A stretch of 64,000 bases of DNA, from contig CALXPK010000069.1 of NCBI GenBank assembly GCA_944390265.1, positions 7,322-71,321 of the forward strand, in the 5' to 3' direction. The translations under genes were made by a program, and so were the position numbers. This DNA comes from an uncultured Alphaproteobacteria bacterium (GTDB lineage Bacteria > Pseudomonadota > Alphaproteobacteria > RF32 > CAG-239). Positions within the stretch are counted from its first letter, which is position 1; each line of letters begins with the position of its first letter. Below are positions 1-9,400 of the stretch, in pieces. Below the pieces are notes generated by a model. That model was not told where the DNA came from. It did not search any database and was given only the letters and a program-made list of their open reading frames with translations.

Positions 1-230
1 GCCACGTTTTTGGTGTCTGCCTGCAGGCTTTCCCCTTCTTCCGGCATGGAAAGTTCTATCTTTTTGCTTTTGCGGCCGATGAAAGAACTACCTTCCTCAT
101 CATCTTGACTGACAACAGCATCTTCCTCATCTTCGGTAATTTCCGGAAAAACAGCCGAAGAACAGGAGCAAAGCAAGGCCGTGAGGCCAAAAATTCCACA
201 ATATAATTTAATATCTTGAAGCGCTTTCAT
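1..230 (-). CDS. Putative lipoprotein; only the N-terminal 76 codons are visible, the rest lies beyond the left window edge
   Basis: ATG at 230..228 on the minus strand, open to position 1. Hand translation MKALQDIKLYCGIFGLTALLCSCSSAVFPEITEDEED... shows a hydrophobic signal peptide, a lipobox-like L-C-S-C and an acidic tail. Absent from the ORF track because it is truncated. Confidence 0.4.
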   Translation of the reverse strand, partial: MKALQDIKLYCGIFGLTALLCSCSSAVFPEITEDEEDAVVSQDDEEGSSFIGRKSKKIELSMPEEGESLQADTKNV

Positions 231-401
231 GTTTTTGAATCCCAAAATAAACTTTATCTCGAATTAATTCTTTCTTATAAATATATTATTGTGCTTGATA
301 AAACAAGAGATAAAAAATAATTAACAGGCATATTTTAACAATTTTGTTTTGTCTTAAAACGCGTATAATGACAAAAAAAGAACTGATTAAAGGATAAAAA
401 C

Positions 402-923
402 ATGCCGAAAATCGCCGCGCCTTCCGCTTTTGATGTGGCTTATTGGTTTTTGCAATTTGCCGATAAAAAACAATTTTTTATTGAAGATGAAAAACTGCAC
501 CATCTGCTCTTTTTGGCGCAAATTATTTATATGCAACGTCACGGCAACGAGCTTTTGTTTCCGTCAATGTTTCTGGCCACCGAAAAAGGTTTCCTTGAGC
601 CGAACTTGCTCAAAGTTTTTGCCAACGGACATCCTTATATGCCTCATATTAAAATTGATGACAAAACCGCGGCTTTTTTGGAGCAAATTTGGAACAAATA
701 TGCCAACCTGCCGCTGATTGATTTGCGCAACACGGTTTTGCAAAGCAAAGCATTTCAATCTTGCTATGACAAAAAGAATCTGATGGCGGTGGATATGCAA
801 CAAATTGCCCAGCTTTTTACGCCGGAAAACACCAAAACACCGCATGACCGCATTCGCATGTCGCAACACGGGCCGGTGGTGGTTTCTCAATGGCAACCAC
901 GCAAAGTTAATAAAAAGGATTAA
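402..923 (+). CDS. Panacea-domain (DUF4065, SocA/GepA-like) protein
   Basis: The N-terminal pattern SAFDVAYWFL...EKLHHLLFLAQIIYMQRHGNELLFPSMFLATEKGFLEPNLLKVF matches my memory of the DUF4065 layout (A.yfl, KL.KLlY.aq, lf...f.Aw..GPv.p.ly). AGGA ribosome-binding site 8 nt upstream. Confidence 0.5.
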   Translation: MPKIAAPSAFDVAYWFLQFADKKQFFIEDEKLHHLLFLAQIIYMQRHGNELLFPSMFLATEKGFLEPNLLKVFANGHPYMPHIKIDDKTAAFLEQIWNKYANLPLIDLRNTVLQSKAFQSCYDKKNLMAVDMQQIAQLFTPENTKTPHDRIRMSQHGPVVVSQWQPRKVNKKD

Positions 924-927
924 GTTA

Positions 928-1380
928 ATGAAAAAACTATTTGTTTTTGCGTGTTTTTTATTTTTAATTTCCGGCTGTTTCGAAGCTGACAAAAATCCCC
1001 AGAGAGAACTTTCAAGTTTGACTTTTGGCTCCGCGCCGCAAGTAATTGATTTTAAAGTGGAAACAGCACAAACCCCGCAGGAGCTTGCCCTCGGTTTGAT
1101 GTATCGGAAATCCATGCCGGAAAATCAGGGCATGATTTTTCTTTTTCCCTCGCCTCGCCAAACCGCCTTTTGGATGAAAAATACCTATCTGCCTTTAGAT
1201 ATGGTCTTTGTCAATGATAAGCACCAAATCAGCGGCATTGTCGAAAATGCGCAGCCGATGAGTGAAAAACTCATCTATTCTCCGGTGCGCACCATTGCCG
1301 TGATTGAGCTCAATGCCGGCGTGGCCAAACAAAAAAATCTGCGCCGCGGCATGAAAGTTTGGCACGCAGGATTAATTTGA
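928..1380 (+). CDS. DUF192 (COG1430) family protein with signal peptide/lipobox
   Basis: Internal ATG of ORF 805..1380. MKKLFVFACFLFLISGC is a signal peptide plus lipobox. The core GLMYRKSMPENQGMIFLF...FWMKNTYLPLDMVFV...IELNAG is the typical DUF192 signature. Starts 4 nt after the upstream stop. Confidence 0.75.
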   Translation: MKKLFVFACFLFLISGCFEADKNPQRELSSLTFGSAPQVIDFKVETAQTPQELALGLMYRKSMPENQGMIFLFPSPRQTAFWMKNTYLPLDMVFVNDKHQISGIVENAQPMSEKLIYSPVRTIAVIELNAGVAKQKNLRRGMKVWHAGLI

Positions 1381-1391
1381 TTTTTTAGCTC

Positions 1392-1799
1392 TTACCATTT
1401 GACCGGAACGACACAATCATCGCCGTTGAAATTGTAGTTGACAACCTCGCCATTGGTGATGGTGAATGAAGTTTTGCAGTAATAATCATCACTCTGATCA
1501 TCCTGATTATCCCACAAATTTTCACCAAAATTTTCTTCTTCAATCGCACTGCCGACAACGCCGACACCATTGTAAGGATCAGTATTACCGTTTATCGGCA
1601 GATTTTCTTGAGAAATGTAGGTTACAACCTTGGTTTGCGGGTCAACATTCCAAACCGTGGTCGGCGTGCCCCAAGAATCATACAAACTCGGCTCGGGCAT
1701 GCCAATCCACTGTTGCAAGCTCTCTTGATAAGCAATGGCGCCGTTTTTGGCAACGCAAGCGCTCACCAACAAAGCACCCAAAATTATCATCTTTTTCAT
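1392..1799 (-). CDS. Hypothetical lipoprotein
   Basis: MKKMIILGALLVSAC is a signal peptide plus lipobox. AAGGAG ribosome-binding site upstream. No family recognised. Confidence 0.6.
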   Translation of the reverse strand: MKKMIILGALLVSACVAKNGAIAYQESLQQWIGMPEPSLYDSWGTPTTVWNVDPQTKVVTYISQENLPINGNTDPYNGVGVVGSAIEEENFGENLWDNQDDQSDDYYCKTSFTITNGEVVNYNFNGDDCVVPVKW

Positions 1800-1861
1800 A
1801 AATTTTCTCCTTGTTGCTCTTGATTGTCTATATATTTATTCCCGTTTTTCCTAAAAACAAC

Positions 1862-3169
1862 TCAGCTGATGAGTTTTATTTTGACCCGCGCATTGAGTTT
1901 GGCCAGATTGACCTTATCTATTTTGGCGCAAACGAGCTGATAATCGTCATGATTTTCCACTGATTGAACCTGCGCATTTTGGTGCAACCAAGCCAGTTCT
2001 TTGCCATCGGCAGAAGGAATCTTAACCATTATGCTTTGGTGATGACGGCTGAGTTTGTCGTCCAAAACTTGCAAAAAGCGTTCACACCCCTCACCGCTCA
2101 CTGTCGAGGTGGGTATGACATATGAAAAGCGTTTGGCATTTTCTTCAACATAGTGTTTTTCGGGTTCATCCAACAAATCTACCTTATTCCAAAGCTCAAT
2201 ATAGTTTTCTTTATTTTCAATATGTTCCAGTCCCAAATGGTGCAAAACTTCTAACACATCTTGTTTTTGTTGTTGATGATCGGGATTGGATAAATCGCGC
2301 ACATGGACAACAATGTCGGCTTCCAGCACCTCTTCCAAGGTGGCGCGGAAAGACATGACCAGCTCGTGCGGCAAGTCTGAAATGAAACCCACCGTGTCTG
2401 ACAAAATAACCTCTTTGCCGGATGGCAAATTGATTTTGCGCATGGTGGGGTCAAGTGTGGCAAACAGCAAGTCTTGGGCAAAGACATTTGCTTTTGACAG
2501 CCTATTGAAAAGAGATGATTTTCCGGCATTGGTATAACCGACCAAAGCCACCACCGGATAAGGAACTTTTTTGCGCGCGCCGCGTTGCAATTCTCGGGTG
2601 CGTTTGACTTTTTCTAACTCTTTCTTAATCCGGACGATTTTGTCATCAATGATACGGCGATCCAACTCAATCTGCGTTTCTCCGGGGCCGCCCAAAAAGC
2701 CGGCACCGCCGCGCTGTCTTTCCAAGTGGGTCCAGCTTCTGACCAAGCGGCTGCGCTGATAGGTCAAATGTGCCAGTTCCACTTGCAAATTGCCTTCTTT
2801 GGTGTTGGCGCGCTCACCGAAAATTTCCAAAATCAAAGCCGTGCGGTCAATGACTTTGGTTTTGAGCTTTTTTTCCAAATTGCGCTGTTGAATCGGGGTC
2901 AAAGAGGTGTCAACCACCACTAAATCTATTTCTTTTTCTTCAATTTGTTTTTGAAGTTGCTCCAAGAAACCATTGCCGAAAAAAATGGCCGGTTTTATTT
3001 CTCTGACTTTGACAATGTCTTTATACACGACATCAAGCCAGATGGCTTCGGCCAAACGCACGGCCTCTTCCAATCTGGCTTCGGGTGACAAAGAAATATT
3101 TTTTCCCTGAACGGAAGGAAAAATCACACAGGCTTTTTGTGAACTGTTTTTAGATTCTGCTTCTTTCAA
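1862..3169 (-). CDS. hflX: GTPase HflX
   Basis: G1 motif GYTNAGKSSLFNRL, G3 motif DTVGF, G4 motif NKVD and the HflX N-terminal domain. Lies directly downstream of hfq with a 2-nt gap. Confidence 0.95.
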   Translation of the reverse strand: MKEAESKNSSQKACVIFPSVQGKNISLSPEARLEEAVRLAEAIWLDVVYKDIVKVREIKPAIFFGNGFLEQLQKQIEEKEIDLVVVDTSLTPIQQRNLEKKLKTKVIDRTALILEIFGERANTKEGNLQVELAHLTYQRSRLVRSWTHLERQRGGAGFLGGPGETQIELDRRIIDDKIVRIKKELEKVKRTRELQRGARKKVPYPVVALVGYTNAGKSSLFNRLSKANVFAQDLLFATLDPTMRKINLPSGKEVILSDTVGFISDLPHELVMSFRATLEEVLEADIVVHVRDLSNPDHQQQKQDVLEVLHHLGLEHIENKENYIELWNKVDLLDEPEKHYVEENAKRFSYVIPTSTVSGEGCERFLQVLDDKLSRHHQSIMVKIPSADGKELAWLHQNAQVQSVENHDDYQLVCAKIDKVNLAKLNARVKIKLIS

Positions 3170-3171
3170 GA

Positions 3172-3414
3172 TTATTCTTCCGAAGTGCCTTTCTCGTCTT
3201 CAATCTCAATATCAACGGCGGCGCTCGGCATAATGGTGGAGATGGCGTGCTTATAAATCAGCTGGGTGTGGCCATCGCGGCGCAACAGCAAAGAAAAACT
3301 GTCAAACCATGTAATCAAACCTTGCAATTTGACGCCATTGACCAAAAACACGGTCACGGAAATTTTGTTATCTTTCAAATTGTTTAAAAAATCGTCTTGA
3401 ACATTTTGTGTCAT
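3172..3414 (-). CDS. hfq: RNA chaperone Hfq
   Basis: [61 protein letters not shown] is a canonical Sm1/Sm2 core. I chose the internal ATG at 3414; the track ORF start at 3501 would add a 29-aa extension that Hfq does not normally have. Confidence 0.9.
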   Translation of the reverse strand: MTQNVQDDFLNNLKDNKISVTVFLVNGVKLQGLITWFDSFSLLLRRDGHTQLIYKHAISTIMPSAAVDIEIEDEKGTSEE

Positions 3415-3516
3415 TTTTTTTGCCTTTATTATTTTTTTATTCAATGTTTTTAATATTAATCCGATTTTTTTATTAGTAAAGTCTTGATTTGCTTGAGCCA
3501 CAAATTTTGGTTGTAT

Positions 3517-4875
3517 TTAATCTAAAATTTTTTCCACTTTGCGGATGGAAGCCGAATCAACATATATAATTAAGTCATCGCCGACGTTCAGCACTTCCGT
3601 TTCCGAAGGATAGATGGTTTCATCTTCGCGGACGATGGCGCAAATCTTACTGCTGGCCGGCAGATCCAAACTTTTGATGCTTTGGCCGACGACTTTGTCA
3701 TTTTCCGTCAGCGGCATTTCCCAAATTTCGGCAAAGCCGCGTCCCAAAGAATATGCACTTTTGACTTCCGTTCGCCTCAGCTCATGCAAAATGTGCGATA
3801 TGGTGACCGATGACCTGTCTACCAAAATATTGCTGCCGACAATGTCTACCAAGCTATTATACGCCGGAGAATTGAGCAAAGCAATGGTGTTTTTGACGCC
3901 GCATTTTTTGGACAACATGGATGATAGCAAATTGTCTTCATCTTCGGCCGTGACGGCAACCGTGGCATCGGCATTATAAATTCCGGCTTCGCTTACAATT
4001 TTGTCACTCATCATCGGACCTTGAATGACAATGGTGTCGTTCAGCTCCCTTGCCGTTTCATCGGCTTTTTCAAAGTCTTCTTCAATGATTTTGCAACTGA
4101 TGATGTTGTCATCTTTTTCTATCAAACGGCCAATGCAACGTGAAACCGCGTTGCCCCCGAAAATTATCAGCCTTTCAATGGCGGAATGCTCCGCGCCAAA
4201 GGTTGACATGGTCAGCCCGATTTTCTCCGTCGGGGTCAAAACATATATCTCATCTCCTGCTTCCAACATATCTCCTTTATAGGGTATGAAAATGTTGTTT
4301 TTGCGGTTGATGCAGACAATTTCCACATCAATATCTTCATCAATCTGCTTCAAATTGAGCAACGGCACTTTGACAAATGGGCTGTTTTCCGGAACCTTAA
4401 AGGCAATCAGATACATTTTGCCGCCAACCAGCGGACGGGCTTCCGAGGTGCCGGGGATTTTGAGCATATTATAAATATATTTGCCAATCTCTTCATCGGG
4501 AGAGATAACCAAATCAACCGGTATATTTTTATCGCTATATAAGGTTGACCAGAGTGGATTTTGAAACTCGCGCGAGTTGATGCGGGCAATTTTGCGCGGC
4601 ACGTTAAACAGAGCCTGCGCCACCGAACACGCCACCAAATTGACCTCATCATCATCGGTGGCGGCAATCAGCAATTTGGCTTTGTCGGCTTCGGCTTTTT
4701 CCAAAACCGAAGGATGTGACGCCGAGCCCAAAACCGGCAAAACATCAAATTCTTGCGCCAAATCATTTAAGCGTTTTTGATTGTTATCAATGACGATAAC
4801 ATCATTGTTGCCTTTGACCAAATAGCTGACAATACTTCTGCCGACCGAACCGGCGCCGCAAACAATAATCTTCAT
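3517..4875 (-). CDS. trkA: Trk potassium uptake system NAD-binding protein TrkA
   Basis: N-terminal Rossmann motif KIIVCGAGSVGRSI, a second RCK repeat (LIIFGGNAVSRCIG), and 452 aa length. Confidence 0.9.
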   Translation of the reverse strand: MKIIVCGAGSVGRSIVSYLVKGNNDVIVIDNNQKRLNDLAQEFDVLPVLGSASHPSVLEKAEADKAKLLIAATDDDEVNLVACSVAQALFNVPRKIARINSREFQNPLWSTLYSDKNIPVDLVISPDEEIGKYIYNMLKIPGTSEARPLVGGKMYLIAFKVPENSPFVKVPLLNLKQIDEDIDVEIVCINRKNNIFIPYKGDMLEAGDEIYVLTPTEKIGLTMSTFGAEHSAIERLIIFGGNAVSRCIGRLIEKDDNIISCKIIEEDFEKADETARELNDTIVIQGPMMSDKIVSEAGIYNADATVAVTAEDEDNLLSSMLSKKCGVKNTIALLNSPAYNSLVDIVGSNILVDRSSVTISHILHELRRTEVKSAYSLGRGFAEIWEMPLTENDKVVGQSIKSLDLPASSKICAIVREDETIYPSETEVLNVGDDLIIYVDSASIRKVEKILD

Positions 4876-4887
4876 TTTGTTTTTTCC

Positions 4888-5856
4888 TTATTGTCCTTCT
4901 TGCAAACTGCCGAAATAGCGCTCTATTTCCGCATATGCGTCCTGAAAATTGTTGATTTTTACATAATTTTCGCGGAAACGACGTGCATCTCGACAATTTT
5001 TACAATACCAACAGACATATTTGCGCGATATGCCCAATGCCAATCTTTCTCCATAATAGTCAATCAATTCTTTAATATGGGTTAACAAGGCTTGTTTTAC
5101 AACCGATATTGAAACCGCCTCGGGTTCTTTTCCCTTCTCCAAATATTCATGAATCTGAGATATCAGCCATGGGGCGCCCAAGGCCGCTCGGCCGACCATG
5201 ACGGCGTCTACCCCGGTTTCATCTATCATTGCTTTGGCCTTTTGCGGCGAGGTGACATCTCCATTGCCAATCACCGGAATTTTGACGGCGGCTTTAACCT
5301 CGGCAATGGTTTGCCAATCGGCCTCGCCGGAATAAAAATCGCTTCTGGTACGTCCATGCACGGTGACATACGCCGCGCCGCTTTCTTCACACATTTTGGC
5401 AAACTCCACCGCATTGATGTGGTTATTATCCCAGCCTTTGCGAAACTTGACACTGACCGGCAACTTGGTCGATTTGACCGTGGTTTCAATGATTTTTTGC
5501 GCCAAGTTCATATCTTTCATCAGATAAGAACCGGAGTTGTTATTGACAATTTTTTTGACTGGACAGCCCATGTTGATATCTATGGAGCAAGCGCCCAATT
5601 CTTCAATCAGCGGGCAAACTTCGGCAAAAAGCTCCGGCTCGCCGCCCACAAGCTGCACCACCACCGGATAGCCTTCTTCCCTGACATCGGCAATTTTATA
5701 ACTTTTGGGATTTTTTCTTTGGATGGCATTGATGGCCACCATTTCCGAAACCATTTGCCCTGCCCCGAAACTTTTGACCAATCGACGCATCGGACGGTCG
5801 GTAATGCCTGCCATCGGGGCTAAAAACACGCGGCTGTCAAAATTTAATATTTTCAT
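4888..5856 (-). CDS. dusB: tRNA-dihydrouridine synthase B (NifR3 family)
   Basis: LAPMAGITDRPMRRL, the catalytic-Cys region INMGCPVKKIV, and HGRTR. Confidence 0.9.
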   Translation of the reverse strand: MKILNFDSRVFLAPMAGITDRPMRRLVKSFGAGQMVSEMVAINAIQRKNPKSYKIADVREEGYPVVVQLVGGEPELFAEVCPLIEELGACSIDINMGCPVKKIVNNNSGSYLMKDMNLAQKIIETTVKSTKLPVSVKFRKGWDNNHINAVEFAKMCEESGAAYVTVHGRTRSDFYSGEADWQTIAEVKAAVKIPVIGNGDVTSPQKAKAMIDETGVDAVMVGRAALGAPWLISQIHEYLEKGKEPEAVSISVVKQALLTHIKELIDYYGERLALGISRKYVCWYCKNCRDARRFRENYVKINNFQDAYAEIERYFGSLQEGQ

Positions 5857-6425
5857 TAGATCCTATAATCAAAAGATTTGTCATATTTATACATATATTC
5901 AATGCGGCTGTCCGGCTCTTTGGTAATGTTGAAGGTAAAATCATAAGCCTGCGCGGCATAGCCGGCATCATAAACCGTAAAATGATTGCCTTCCAAAAAC
6001 AGCGGCAGTTCCGAATAGCCGCCGACATCATTTTTTTGATACAAACGGCTGATGCTTTGCGCATCCAACATCACCTGATTTTGCAGTTCTTCCCAAAAAG
6101 AAACGCCTTCAACTTCCTCTTCAAGAACCGGTGCGGAATCATCTGTTTTTTCGTCAATTTGGCGCTGCGGATTTTGCTCTTTGTTTACATCACGCGAATC
6201 GGTCACAGGTGCCGAAACCACATGAATGTTATAAGCGGTTGCGGGTTCCAGATAGCCAAAAGCAAAGCTGCCGATGTGGCTTGTTTGCGCCTCTGCTGGC
6301 TTATTTTCACCCACCTCTGCGGCAAACGCTTCTTTGTTTTTGATAACATCAACCGAATGCCGAATTTGCGAGGTTAAATCGGCATATAAATTATCAAGTC
6401 TGTTCGTTGCCGCGGTTGTGACCAT
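5856..6425 (-). CDS. Hypothetical protein (189 aa)
   Basis: Long ORF with no motif I recognise. Its stop overlaps the dusB start (TAATG at 5858..5854), and it begins 12 nt after the giant coiled-coil gene. Confidence 0.55.
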   Translation of the reverse strand: MVTTAATNRLDNLYADLTSQIRHSVDVIKNKEAFAAEVGENKPAEAQTSHIGSFAFGYLEPATAYNIHVVSAPVTDSRDVNKEQNPQRQIDEKTDDSAPVLEEEVEGVSFWEELQNQVMLDAQSISRLYQKNDVGGYSELPLFLEGNHFTVYDAGYAAQAYDFTFNITKEPDSRIEYMYKYDKSFDYRI

Positions 6426-6437
6426 TATCCTTACCTA

Positions 6438-9400
6438 TCAGTTCAGCTTATCTAAGGCTTTGGCCAAAATATAATATACTTTGCCGATATCTGCTCCGGA
6501 AATGACCGAAAGCAACACACCTGCGTGTTCATTGACACGGGCACGCGCCAATAAGGTTTCAAAATCGCTCAGATATTTGGTGACCATGTTGCGGAAATCC
6601 ATGTTCTTTTCATAAAGTTTGCGGATTTCCAAAATTTGCTGTTTGGTCATGTTCTTTGCCAAATATCTCACAAAGGCCGAGGTATCGCCGTTGTAATATT
6701 TCTTCCAGATTTCTTCTTCCACATTGGGGTTGAAAATGCGGTTGATGTCAACCGATACGGTTTCCAATCTTTCTATGATATATGCCGCATCTTTCAAGAA
6801 TGAATCTATTTGTGTGTTTTCATAGCGTTTTTCCATATCAGACAAGTTTTTCTCGGCTTTTTGCGTGGTTTCTATCATCATCTTCAACTGTTTGCCGATG
6901 ATATCGCTGAAAGCAACTGATTTTTTAATCAATTCATCTCCTCGGGATGAAAACTCCGAGCTGCTGTCATTCAAAACATTCATTACGTCCGTCACTTTTT
7001 TCAACGTATCATCACCGGCGGCAACCAACACGCCCGATTGTTTTAAGAACACCTCTCCTGACGAACGAATCTCGTTGGACACTCTTTCGGCATTGCTGGC
7101 AATTTCCGTGATGGTGGCACGGAGCTTGTTGCCGGTGTTTTCAAAGTTGGTGGTGGTCATTTTGGAGGCTTCTTCCATCTGCAGGCTCAATGTTTTCAGA
7201 TTTTCGCCCAAGCCTTTGACCTTGTCATAAGCCATATTGGCGCGGTTGGACAACTGCACCGAGGTATCATTCAAAACCGTGTTGAAGCATTCCACCAACT
7301 GCTTGGTATCTTCAGAAATTTTTATCATTTTATCGCTTTGCGAAGATATCAGATTGTTGATTTCAAAAACGCCGCTACTGGCTTCCGCCGTCACGGTATT
7401 GAAGTTGGCAATGTATTTTTCATAATCGCCCATGGCTGTGGCAATTTTGGCGCTCGACTTATTGACACTTGAGCTAAAATCATCAACCAACTGGCTCAAA
7501 GACAGATTCATTTGCTCAACATTTTTGATGGATTCTCTTGAAGATTTGTTGATATCTTCATTTACTTTCAGCAATCTATCTCCCAAGACATTGAACTCAT
7601 AGGCAATTTTGGCTGAGTTTTCTAATATGTTATCCGTGCCGTCTTTCATGTTTTTGTTGATTTCATTTACTCTTTCGGCAACTTCGGTGGATGCATCCGA
7701 CAAATATTTGTATTGTTGAGCCAAAGATGCCTCACCCAAACGCGTTTGGGCCGAAACCGTGTTGGCTATATCGGCCAATGTTTCACGCTGGCGCTCAAAA
7801 CTCTCTTTCATCAGGTCTGATTGCGTGATGGTTTTGGATAAAATTGTATCAATATTTTGGGCATGAGAGTCCAAAACAGATACGGTGTTTTTGCTTTCTT
7901 GCACCATATTCTGATTGGCCTGCTTGATTTTATCGCAATTTTCCATGATAGAGGCCGTAAAACCATCTGAGCTCAAGGTCAAATCTTTAACCGTATTGTT
8001 AAAAATTTGGAAATTGTCGCGGAAGGTTCCCGATATCAGAGCCATTTTGTCGGTGATTTCTTGAATGAACTTGCTGACATCGTTATTTTGAGCTGAGATA
8101 GATTGGTTGACCTCGGCCAACTTGTCAATCGATTTTACCGTGTTGGCCACAACCGCATCCACACGTTTGTTCACGTCTTCTTCCAACAAGGTCATTCTTG
8201 AAAAGACTTTGTCGGCGCTTTGTTCAATCACCGAAACTTGTTTTTTCAAAGTGTTACCCATGTTGTCAGTGTTTTCGGTTAATCTATCGCAAATGCTGAA
8301 AAATTCATTTTCTTGCTGTTTGAACAACAAACTGATATTTTCGGCTTTTTCATCCATGGTTTGAACCACATCGGCCACATATTTGACCGTGGCTTCGGCG
8401 ATTTTGCCGATATTTTCATTTTGCGCGGCAAAAGAATTGTTCAACCGCTGGATTGTATTTTCCGAATTGGCGGTGGCAATGTTGACATTGGCCGCATGTT
8501 TTTCCATGGTTTCGGCAACAACCGTTGAACGCTCGGCAATTGATTTTATCAATTTTTCCATCTCTTGCGATTGACTGCTTAAGATGCTTTCCATGCGCGA
8601 AACTTTGCCCAAGGCTTGATCCGCTTTGTCATTGAACTGGCCGGCCTGTTCGTTCAAGCTGGCATTGACGGCTTGGGTTTTGGATACAATATCATTGCAG
8701 GTATCAAAGGTTTCTGACAATTGTTTTTTCAGATTTTCAACCATATTTCCGGCTTCGTGACCTAAGAAAGAAGATGTGCGGGTCAGCTCATCTATCTGAT
8801 ATTTCAGCTCTGACTTGATGGCTTCTATCTTCTTGACCATATCTTCAATATTGTTTTGTTGTTGGGCAATGGCATTTTCACCAACTTTGCTTTGTGCCAC
8901 AACCAGAGAAGATGCCTCGTTCAAATTGTCTATATTGCTTTGAACAACTTTGGTTACAGCTTCTAATTTTCCTTTAGCAACATCGGTTTGCTCCTGTAAG
9001 GTGCCAATGTTGTTTTTGAACTCTTGCATCAGAAGTTTGAAGTTCAGCATGATGCCGTCGCTTATCTTTTGCAAGGTTTCATTTTGATTGTTGATATCGG
9101 CCGCAACCGAATTGGCATTGGCTTGGTTTTGCTCCGACAAAGCTGTCAAACGCTGGGTGCAAACCTCTCCTTTGCTGACAATGTTTTCCATATTTTGAAT
9201 GATGTTTTCCGACATCTCGGCCACGTTGTTTTTGCCGTTGACGACGCTGGTTTCAACCGATTTGATATTTGTGGAAATTTTATCGGCAATGTTCTCCAAA
9301 GACTGAACCTGCATTCCAACGGTTTCGGCGATGATGTTGGCACGCGAGGCCACTTTTTCCACCTCGGAGGACAAAAACTTGCTTTGCGAAGAAAATCTTT

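Noticed and set aside
805-927. N-terminal extensions offered by the ORF track: 805 for DUF192, 3501 for hfq, 12368 (TTG) for fhs, 16348 for kdsA, 25153 for the membrane protein, 42333 for the 165-aa protein, 49328 for the flavodoxin, 51752 for merR, and 35879 and 37625 for the GNAT and the acyltransferase.
   Set aside because: In each case an internal ATG gives the family-typical N-terminus, is preceded by a GGAG/AGGA-type ribosome-binding site at 5-9 nt, and removes an overlap with the upstream gene or promoter.
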